Positions 15,317-22,331 of a stretch of DNA of 30,749 bases are shown here, piece after piece (position 1 is the stretch's first letter; every line of letters starts with the position of its first letter). The position numbers and the translations under genes were made by a program. The notes beneath the pieces were generated by a model. The model ran no database searches. It was not told the origin of the DNA and saw only the letters and a list, made by a program, of their open reading frames with translations. The stretch is from Gemmatimonadota bacterium (lineage in GTDB: Bacteria; Gemmatimonadota; Gemmatimonadetes; Longimicrobiales; Gaopeijiaceae), in contig JAHEKK010000001.1 in the NCBI GenBank assembly GCA_024638395.1, positions 1 through 30,749 on the forward strand. The letters are read 5' to 3'.

Positions 15317-16789
15317 CTAACGGAAGGGACCGCCACCCATACGGCCCCGCATCTGGTTCAACCGTTCCTGTTGCTGGGCCTGAAGCTGTGCGGCGCCGAT
15401 CAAGGCCAGATATTCCCCCTCCTCGAGACCGGCAAGGATCTCGGCGTAATCCCAATCGTTGAGTCCGATCACCACCGGCCTCACGGAGATCTCGCCGGTG
15501 GGGGCAACGACGAACGCCACGCCCGGGCGCATCCCTCCACCTTCCCCGTCTGCGAATCCGGCCGCTCCACCGGTGGCCCCCGCCCCCCGCTGGCCGCGCT
15601 GACCGGCGCGGGCGCCCTGGCCACCCTCGGCGCCGGCCTCCTGGGCTTCGTCCCCTCGCTGGGCCTGCCGCATCTGGGCAAAGAGGGCCCGGGCCGAATC
15701 CTGCGTGATCTCACCCGCGGCCACCTGGGCCCGGATGTCGGCAAGGGGCCCGCCCTCGCCTCGACTGACCATGGCGCCCCCGGTCGGCAAGCCCGCGGCG
15801 CTCCGGGCCTGAGCCATGAGCTCCCCCCACACGGACCGGTCGACCTGGTATTGGTCGGGGTCGAGGCCGAGGACCTCGGCGGCGGGCGCCATCTGCTGGG
15901 GCTCCACGACAGCGTTGTTGGGCACGGTCAGCGTACCGAGGCGCTCACCGACCAGAACCTCCACCTCCGCATTCATTCCCGGCTTCAGGAGGCCCGACCG
16001 GTTCTCCAGGAGGACGATCACCGGAAACATCGTGACGTTCTGTTCCACGACGGCCTGGGGTTCGATCTTCTCGATCTCCCCCTGGAAGTCGCGATCGGGG
16101 AACGCCTCGACGGAAACCGCCGCCTGCATCCCGGCGCGAAGGCGCCCGACGTCGGTCTCGTCCACGAGGGTCCGGACTCGCATCTGTTCCAGGCTGGCCA
16201 TCATGAACAACGTCGTTCCACCCGACACGTTGCCGGATGCCGACTGGATGACCTGGCCCTCCTCCACGTTCTTCTCGAGGATGGTCCCCGTCATGGGTGC
16301 CCGGATCGTGACGTCCGTGAGCCGCAGGGCGGCAAGCTCCAGGTTGGTCTGAGCCCGCACCAGGGCGGCCTGAGCGTTGGCATGTTCCAGCTTCTGGGAC
16401 TCGTACTCCTGAGCGGTGATGACCTCGGAATCCAGGAGCTCCTGGGAACGGCCAAGCTGGGCCTCCGCGATCTCCAGCCGGGCTTCCGCCACGGCCAGGT
16501 CCGCCTCGGCCTGGTCGTGGGCGTTGACCACGTCACGGGGATCGATCTCGGCCAGAAGAGAGCCGGGCTGCACCGGGTCACCGGTGTCGACGTGGAGTCG
16601 GAGGATTTCTCCTCCGGCCTTGGACTTGACCTCGACCTTTCGGATCGGTTCCACCTGGCCCGTGGCCTCCACGGTGATCCGAAGATCCCGGGGCTCAGCC
16701 GCGGCAGTCTGGATCGAAATGGGCGCCTCTTCGTCGCCCTGCCCGCACGCCGCGAAGAGGACGAGCCCGGAGATCAGGAAGCGACGCAT
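15317..16789 (-). CDS. Periplasmic adaptor (membrane fusion protein), MacA/YknX-like, lipoprotein
   Basis: Lipobox FAAC, ATGQVEP…VEVKSKAGGEI, helical hairpin, IRAPMTGTI, VDETDVGRL, LKPGMNAEV, VVIGL. Confidence 0.92.
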   Translation of the reverse strand: MRRFLISGLVLFAACGQGDEEAPISIQTAAAEPRDLRITVEATGQVEPIRKVEVKSKAGGEILRLHVDTGDPVQPGSLLAEIDPRDVVNAHDQAEADLAVAEARLEIAEAQLGRSQELLDSEVITAQEYESQKLEHANAQAALVRAQTNLELAALRLTDVTIRAPMTGTILEKNVEEGQVIQSASGNVSGGTTLFMMASLEQMRVRTLVDETDVGRLRAGMQAAVSVEAFPDRDFQGEIEKIEPQAVVEQNVTMFPVIVLLENRSGLLKPGMNAEVEVLVGERLGTLTVPNNAVVEPQQMAPAAEVLGLDPDQYQVDRSVWGELMAQARSAAGLPTGGAMVSRGEGGPLADIRAQVAAGEITQDSARALFAQMRQAQRGDEAQEAGAEGGQGARAGQRGQRGAGATGGAAGFADGEGGGMRPGVAFVVAPTGEISVRPVVIGLNDWDYAEILAGLEEGEYLALIGAAQLQAQQQERLNQMRGRMGGGPFR

Positions 16790-17518
16790 CTACACACCTA
16801 CCATTTCGTTCAGGAAATCACGCTCGACGCGGCCGTCCTTCAGGTGCACCTGGCGTGTGGCATACCTCGCGATATCGGACTCATGGGTCACCAGTACGAT
16901 GGTCTGGCCCGCCCTGTTCAGCTCGAGGATGATGTCCATGATCTCGGCCGAGGTCTCGGAGTCCAGGTTCCCGGTGGGCTCGTCGGCCAATAGAAGAGCC
17001 GGATCGTTGACCAGGGCCCGGGCGATGGCGACCCGCTGTCTTTGCCCCCCGGACAACTCCGGAGGCTTGTGACCCATGCGGTCTCCGAGGCCTACCCGGA
17101 CCAGCTTGGCGGTGGCGCGCTCCTTCCGCTCCCGAGCCGATGTCCCCGCATAGATCAGAGGGAGCTCGACGTTGTGCAGAGCCGTAGCCCTCGGGAGGAG
17201 ATTGAAGGTCTGGAACACGAAGCCGATATCCCGATTCCTCACCCGGGCGAGATCGTCGTCGCTCAGCTCCGAGACCTTGTTACCGTTCAACCAGTATTCG
17301 CCGGCCGTGGGTGTGTCGAGGCAGCCCACCAGATTCATGAAGGTGGACTTCCCGCTTCCGGATGGGCCCATGATGGCAACGAACTCACCCGCGGCGATCT
17401 CCAGATCCACCCCCTGCACGGCTCGAACCGTCTCGGCTCCGAGATGGTAGTGTTTCTGCAGGCCCTGGGTGCGGATGACGACCTTCCCGTTCCCCGTCCC
17501 AACCCCCTGTGGTTCCAC
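16790..17518 (-). CDS. ABC transporter ATP-binding protein (LolD/MacB-type)
   Basis: Walker [19 protein letters not shown], signature LSGGQRQRV, Walker [14 protein letters not shown]-loop VTHE. Confidence 0.96.
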   Translation of the reverse strand: MEPQGVGTGNGKVVIRTQGLQKHYHLGAETVRAVQGVDLEIAAGEFVAIMGPSGSGKSTFMNLVGCLDTPTAGEYWLNGNKVSELSDDDLARVRNRDIGFVFQTFNLLPRATALHNVELPLIYAGTSARERKERATAKLVRVGLGDRMGHKPPELSGGQRQRVAIARALVNDPALLLADEPTGNLDSETSAEIMDIILELNRAGQTIVLVTHESDIARYATRQVHLKDGRVERDFLNEMVGV

Positions 17519-17520
17519 GA

Positions 17521-18855
17521 CTAGAGCTCCCTTCCGACGATGGACTCGAGCTGAGCTTTGGCGACCACGTAGTCGTAGCGGGCGGACACCAGATCCGCCT
17601 GGGCTTGATCGAGAGCCACCTGGCTGGTGATGACGTCGAGGATCGTCGCGACCCCGACCCTGTACCGTTCACGGTTCAGTCGGAGATCCTCTTCAGCGAC
17701 GAGCACCGCCTCGCTTGCGATCTCGATGGCCTGTTCCTGGGTTTCGAGAGTGCGGAGTGCCGCATCCACGTCCTGGCGGACGCCACGGCGGGCGTCCTCT
17801 TCCGTTAGGCGGGCAACCCGCCGGCTCTCCGACGCCTGGGTGACCTGCTCTTCCCGCTGGAATCCGTTGAAGAGCGGGTAGCTGCCCGACAGCCTGAAAT
17901 TCCAACTCGTGTTGCCGCCGTCGAAGGAGGCCTGGTTGTTCGCCCAGGTGTATCCTGAAGACAGGTTGATCGAGGGCAGGTACGAGGAGCGGGCGCTGCC
18001 CACCGACGCGTCGGCAGCGGTGCTCGAAGCCTCGGCTGCTCTTACTGCGGGCGAGACCGACTGTGCCAGGCTCACCAGCTCTTGTTCACTCAGCGCCAGG
18101 GGCGCCGGGTCGAGGTTGGGGGGCCGCTGGGGAACGACGGGGCCGTCGGCGCCGATCTGCCTGCCGAGTGCGAACCGTGCGGCTCGGAGCTGATTCTGCG
18201 TCTGCAGGAGAGCTTGTCTCGCATTGGCGAGCTCGAGGCGTGTCCGTAGGCTGTCCGAACGGGTGCCCGTCCCCACTTGAACCCGCCGCCTCGTGATCTC
18301 CAGGCTCTCCTCGGCCCGGGAGACCGACCCTTCGGCGACCCCTACGAGCTCATCCTGCCGGAGGGCATTCATGAACAGGGTCCGCGTCTGAAGCAGCACG
18401 GCGAATCGCTGGTCCTCCAGGCGTGCCTCGGCCTCGAGGATCCCCGCGGCGCTCCGGTCGAGCTCGTTGAATCTCCGGCCTCCCTGGAAGACCTGGTAAT
18501 TGGCGGAAAGGCCGGCGTTGTACGAATCCGAGCTACCGGATACCACTCGCTGGGTCCCGGGGTCGAATTGGGACGAGCTCTGAACCGAAGCCCCCGAGGA
18601 GAGATTCACATTGGGGAGGAACGAACCCCAGGCCATCCGCCTGGAGCCATCCGCCTGGGAAAGCCCCGCCGTCGTCTGGGCCAGCGCGGGGCTCACCGTC
18701 AACGCTCGTTCCAGGGCCCGGGCCAGCACCACGGTGTCCGTTACCGGCGCTTGGCTCTGCATCGCAGCGGCCGGGGAAGCGAGCGACCCGCCCACGGCCA
18801 CGACGAAGAACACGCCCACACACCGCCCGCCACCGGGCACCCCTTTGCGCTTCAT
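17521..18855 (-). CDS. TolC-family outer-membrane efflux channel
   Basis: ATG 18855 with GAGGAG SD and a signal peptide. Two OEP repeats ([23 protein letters not shown]), [11 protein letters not shown]…AQ…ARYDY. The track's N-terminal extension overlaps other genes. Confidence 0.92.
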   Translation of the reverse strand: MKRKGVPGGGRCVGVFFVVAVGGSLASPAAAMQSQAPVTDTVVLARALERALTVSPALAQTTAGLSQADGSRRMAWGSFLPNVNLSSGASVQSSSQFDPGTQRVVSGSSDSYNAGLSANYQVFQGGRRFNELDRSAAGILEAEARLEDQRFAVLLQTRTLFMNALRQDELVGVAEGSVSRAEESLEITRRRVQVGTGTRSDSLRTRLELANARQALLQTQNQLRAARFALGRQIGADGPVVPQRPPNLDPAPLALSEQELVSLAQSVSPAVRAAEASSTAADASVGSARSSYLPSINLSSGYTWANNQASFDGGNTSWNFRLSGSYPLFNGFQREEQVTQASESRRVARLTEEDARRGVRQDVDAALRTLETQEQAIEIASEAVLVAEEDLRLNRERYRVGVATILDVITSQVALDQAQADLVSARYDYVVAKAQLESIVGREL

Positions 18856-18866
18856 CCACCCGCTCC

Positions 18867-19310
18867 TCACGCTCCGGTATCGCCGGCTGCCGCGCTGTCC
18901 TGGTTGGGGGCGGACTGATTCCGATCCGATCCGTACCGCGCCTCGAGGAGGGAATCGTAGAGCATGACCTGGCTCGGGCTCAGAATGGCCCGGATCGAGT
19001 CTCGGGCAGCCCGGACGACGGCACCCCGACGCGGCCGATAGGTCTCCCTGAACTCGGCGTCCAACGCCTTCATCTGGACCCGGTAGTGCTCGATGATCCG
19101 GTCCACGTCGGCGCGCTGGCCATCGGCCAGACCGACATGGTCGATGACCATCTCCCGACGTTCCGTTTGGCCCTCCTCCGCTTCGGCCGGAGGCGGAGAC
19201 GCTTCGGCGGCATCTCCTCGATCCCAGGCTATGCCCATGAGGAAGCCGGTGCCCAGGACAAGACCCAGCAGGCCCAGGGACACCAGGCGGGCGGATGCGC
19301 CCCGTGCCAT
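18867..19310 (-). CDS. Membrane-anchored periplasmic helical protein, Spy/CpxP/CnrX (heavy-metal-resistance)-like
   Basis: ATGA overlap with the anti-sigma stop. N-terminal TM, two LTxxQ-like motifs (VGLADGQR, ILSPSQ), His/Met residues in the helical hairpin. Confidence 0.65.
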   Translation of the reverse strand: MARGASARLVSLGLLGLVLGTGFLMGIAWDRGDAAEASPPPAEAEEGQTERREMVIDHVGLADGQRADVDRIIEHYRVQMKALDAEFRETYRPRRGAVVRAARDSIRAILSPSQVMLYDSLLEARYGSDRNQSAPNQDSAAAGDTGA

Positions 19311-19678
19311 CAGCGCTGATCTCCTTCCACCAACGCCATGAACGCGGTCGGCGCCCAATCCGAGTCCTGGTCCAGAACCGCCCCAAGGGCTTGGGACTCC
19401 TCGGAGACGATCTCCTCGAGGGCCAGGGGCTCGGGATCAGAAACGCTGTTTCCCTCGGAGACGACCATGAACCCTGCAATGGCTGCCGCCGCCAGGGTGG
19501 CGGGAACCAGTCCCCTGGACCACCCGAACAGTACGGCAGGCACGGTCAGGCGCGCCGCTTCCCTCCGCCTGGCCAACTCGAAGCGGGCCCGCTCCATCAC
19601 CGACGTCCTGAAGGCGCTCCAGTACCCAGGATCATCCCAACCGGGATCCATCGGGCCAAAGTCCCGTTCGTCGCTCAT
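19310..19678 (-). CDS. Small transmembrane anti-sigma factor (module 2)
   Basis: GAGGAG SD just after the sigma stop. N-terminal DPGWDDPGYWSAFRTSVMER, one TM (LVPATLAAAAIAGFMVV), short acidic periplasmic tail. Confidence 0.7.
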   Translation of the reverse strand: MSDERDFGPMDPGWDDPGYWSAFRTSVMERARFELARRREAARLTVPAVLFGWSRGLVPATLAAAAIAGFMVVSEGNSVSDPEPLALEEIVSEESQALGAVLDQDSDWAPTAFMALVEGDQR

Positions 19679-19688
19679 GCCTGTCTCC

Positions 19689-20246
19689 TCAGACGGCTTC
19701 TTCATGATCCTTCCAATCTGACAACTCTGCCCGGAGAGCCTTCCGGGCGAAGTGTAGGTGTGAACGAACGGTCCCGGAGGGGATTCCGAGCCGATCGGCA
19801 ATTTCCTTGTGCTTCCATCCTTCCAGGTCGTGGAGCAACACGATCTCCCGTTGCACCTCCGACACTCCATCCAGAGCCTGCCGGAGCCTTTCCCGCAACT
19901 CCGCCTGCGCAGATCTGGCCGCCGGCCCTCGCTCGTCCGAGGGCGTGCTCGGCGGAATCTGGCTCGCCGCTCTGAGCCGCTCTCGGCGGATCAGGTTGCG
20001 CGCCCTGTTCCGAACGGTGGTCAGAAACCACCCCGCGAAACGGGACGGGTTGCGACAATCCTCGAGGCGTTCCAACGCCACGATGAACGCTTCCTGGGCG
20101 ACATCCTCGGCATCCTGATGCCGCCCCGTGATCGCAACCGCAACCGAGTAGGCCGCCCGCTGATACCGCTCAACGAGCACTCCAAAGGCCTCCCCGTCCC
20201 CATCGCGGGCTCGCCGAACCAGCTCGGCATCCGTCCGCTCCTTCAT
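19689..20246 (-). CDS. ECF RNA polymerase sigma factor (module 2)
   Basis: ATG 20246 with GGAG SD. Motifs DGEAFGVLVERYQ, DAEDVAQEAF, FAGWFLTTVRN, LHDLEGWKHKEIA…GTVRSHLHFAR. Confidence 0.94.
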   Translation of the reverse strand: MKERTDAELVRRARDGDGEAFGVLVERYQRAAYSVAVAITGRHQDAEDVAQEAFIVALERLEDCRNPSRFAGWFLTTVRNRARNLIRRERLRAASQIPPSTPSDERGPAARSAQAELRERLRQALDGVSEVQREIVLLHDLEGWKHKEIADRLGIPSGTVRSHLHFARKALRAELSDWKDHEEAV

Positions 20247-20311
20247 TACGATCTCCAAGACACGCCGGAGCGCCGGATCGTTGAGGGGTCGTTTCCTCTC
20301 ATCAAGAAAGG

Positions 20312-20336
20312 GACCGCCGATGGCGCCAACGTGTTA
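20312..20336 (-). promoter_or_regulatory. Candidate ECF promoter for the module 2 operon
   Basis: Minus strand TAAC-N16-CGGTC, about 65 nt upstream of the sigma ATG. Confidence 0.3.
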
Positions 20337-20397
20337 GCGTCGGCGTAGGCCACCGGGATCAGCCTTCCTCGAGGGATCTTGGACTTCATCGCGGTTT

Positions 20398-20904
20398 CTA
20401 CCCCGGCGCGCTTCCGGTCCGCTTCCGCCCGTGGTCGCGCTTTGGCTCCTTGGGCCGGGGACCCTCAGGCGCCGCTGCGAGGCGCGCGGCCAATCGCTCC
20501 AGCTCGCCGAGAGGCACAGCCCCCAGATCCGTCCCGGCGACGTATCCGGTCCCCGCCTGGCCACCTGTAGCAGGTCGGAGCTCCACCTCCAGCAACCGGA
20601 CCCCCCGGTCGGGTGATCTCGGGCTCTGGGATGCGCCGAGGAGGTTGGCGGTCCATTCGGCGCCCTGGGCGGAAAAGGTCCGGGTCTTCGTATCGATTCT
20701 CAGCGCTTCGGAAGGAGCCGAGGCGCGGCCGGGTTCCCGGGCAGCCTCTCCAGGGGCCTGAGCACTTCCGCCCTGCCGCCGCCTTTCGGATCGACCCTGG
20801 CGCCGTGCACCCGTGGGGCTCCCGAGGCCGTCGCGCACGGAGCGGGGGGCGGACGCCGATTTCAGGTTCGGTGCCGGGTCTGCATTGTCGGCGTCGCGGC
20901 CCAT
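20398..20904 (-). CDS. Hypothetical cytoplasmic protein (168 aa)
   Basis: Strong AGGAGG SD before ATG 20904. Disordered Ala/Arg/Gly termini around a compact core (RTFSAQGAEWTANLLG…LLEVELRP…GYVAG…ELERL). Confidence 0.65.
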   Translation of the reverse strand: MGRDADNADPAPNLKSASAPRSVRDGLGSPTGARRQGRSERRRQGGSAQAPGEAAREPGRASAPSEALRIDTKTRTFSAQGAEWTANLLGASQSPRSPDRGVRLLEVELRPATGGQAGTGYVAGTDLGAVPLGELERLAARLAAAPEGPRPKEPKRDHGRKRTGSAPG

Positions 20905-20935
20905 GTCGTCCTCCTTGACCTCCCGGGGGCTGGCG

Positions 20936-20962
20936 GACCGTCAATCTAGCCCGCGGAGTTCC
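20936..20962 (-). promoter_or_regulatory. Candidate ECF promoter for 20398..20904
   Basis: Minus strand GGAAC-N17-CGGTC; the predicted TSS near 20929 leaves the SD inside the leader. Confidence 0.45.
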
Positions 20963-21051
20963 CGGCGTCTCCCCCGAAAACGGGGGGCCAGGCCGTGGGC
21001 CGCTCGTCGGGCTCGCGCCGGACCACGGTTCAGAAGGCGCCGCGACAGGGC

Positions 21052-21077
21052 GAACCTACAAGAAAACGAGTCCGTCT
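21052..21077 (+). promoter_or_regulatory. Candidate ECF promoter for 21150..21626
   Basis: GAACCT-N16-GTCT, close to the RpoE/AlgU-type GAACTT-N16-GTC consensus, with an A-rich spacer. Confidence 0.5.
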
Positions 21078-21149
21078 TTCGGCCAGCAGAGCCGGTGCTC
21101 CTCCACGCCCGGCCAACACCGCCCGGGAGACGGCAGATCCGCAGGCGAT

Positions 21150-21626
21150 GTGAAGACCACCAACCCCGTTCTCGGCCCCAATCGAGAGTTCTACCACCTG
21201 ATCAGGATTCAGGAGCGGTTGCTCAGCCGCCTCCTGGACGTTCGGGACGAACTCCGTGCGCCCAGCACCCAGCGCCTGCTTCGGCAGTTCCGTCAGGAGA
21301 TGGGCGCGGGTGGGGTATCCCAGGATCTGGCCCAGGTGGGGGCGCTCCTGGAGCAGGCCATCCGGGAAGTGAAGTTCCTGGAGTCCGAGGTCCGTCACCT
21401 GCTCTTCGACGAGGTAGCGGAGTTCGAGCTTTCGGGGGTCCCCAACCTGCCCCCCACCCTGGCCAGATTCCTGGCGGAGCGGGCCAGCACGCCGGGTTTC
21501 TCGTACGAGGTGCGGGAGGACCCGGTCCGGGGGTGGATCATCCGCTGGAAGGAATACCAGGAAAACGGGACGATCCGGGGGTGCGGCCAGTTCTACGAGC
21601 GGCCCTACGCCTGGCTGGAGGACTGA
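21150..21626 (+). CDS. Hypothetical cytoplasmic protein (158 aa)
   Basis: Protein-like composition with high GC3. Helical N-terminal two-thirds and an aromatic beta-rich C-terminus (RGWIIRWKEY…GQFYERPYAWLED). Fills the gap without overlapping neighbours. Confidence 0.85.
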   Translation: MKTTNPVLGPNREFYHLIRIQERLLSRLLDVRDELRAPSTQRLLRQFRQEMGAGGVSQDLAQVGALLEQAIREVKFLESEVRHLLFDEVAEFELSGVPNLPPTLARFLAERASTPGFSYEVREDPVRGWIIRWKEYQENGTIRGCGQFYERPYAWLED

Positions 21627-21663
21627 TCGGACTCGGCCGGGCGCCAGGCCTCTCCACCCCGGG

Positions 21664-22218
21664 TCAGATCCCCGTGAACCCCTCGGGCAACCAGTCCTCG
21701 CCGAAGAACATGCCGATGTACTTGGCCTGAACCGGCGTCACTCTACGAACCGCCCATACGAGTTGAACGTGGTTCGGCTCGCCCGGCTGTCGAGAGAGCC
21801 TGAGGCCCACCTCGTCCGGCAGCCGGTTGCCCTTCCGGTGATTACACGTCGAGCACGCGGTCACCACGTTCGTCCACTGGTTCTGCCCTCCCCGAGACAC
21901 CGGCACCACATGGTCCCTGGTGAGGCATTCACGGTGCCGGAGGTTCCGCCGGGAGCGGCCGCAATACTGGCAGGTGTAGCCGTCCCTGGCGAACAGGAAG
22001 GTATTGGTGACCTGGCGCCGGAACTTCCGGGGCACATGAACGTAGCGGACCAGGCGTATGACCAAGGGGAACGGAAGGCGCACGGAGACGGACCGGAAGG
22101 ACCGTTCTCCATCCGACTCGACCACCTCGGCCTTCTGATCCAGGACGAGGCGGATGGCCCGGCGAGCGGGCACGATCATCAGCGGCTCGAAGGACGCGTT
22201 GAGCGCCAGACATCCCAC
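21664..22218 (-). CDS. HNH endonuclease (McrA-like/HNH_5 type, Zn-binding)
   Basis: N-terminal LALNASFEPL, LFARDGYTCQYCG, TRDHVVPVSRGG…W.NVVTACSTCNHRKGNR. Confidence 0.92.
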   Translation of the reverse strand: MGCLALNASFEPLMIVPARRAIRLVLDQKAEVVESDGERSFRSVSVRLPFPLVIRLVRYVHVPRKFRRQVTNTFLFARDGYTCQYCGRSRRNLRHRECLTRDHVVPVSRGGQNQWTNVVTACSTCNHRKGNRLPDEVGLRLSRQPGEPNHVQLVWAVRRVTPVQAKYIGMFFGEDWLPEGFTGI

Positions 22219-22331
22219 GGAAAGCCCCCTCCGCCAGGCGTCGTCTCCACAGGTTCCAACAAGAGCTTAATCGCTCCATCCCGGGTTCTGGAAGTGCCGG
22301 GGCGCTGCGAGGCCCCACGGTTCGGCTCTCC

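Noticed and set aside
14561-16993. 810-aa plus-strand ORF
   Set aside because: Antisense shadow of the permease, MFP and ATPase genes; no recognisable motifs. Long shadow ORFs are expected in high-GC DNA.
18632-18658. 13-nt tandem repeat GCCATCCGCCTGG (period 14) inside tolC
   Set aside because: The reading frame is intact on both sides and the copies are read in different frames; most likely chance, with no sign of phase variation.
20259-20283. Alternative ECF promoter CAAC-N16-GTGTC just before sigma 2
   Set aside because: The implied TSS would cut into the GGAG Shine-Dalgarno; the site at 20312-20336 fits better.
21664-22218. HNH as part of a restriction, CRISPR or toxin system
   Set aside because: No methyltransferase, cas gene, repeat array, immunity gene or secretion-linked domain in the window.
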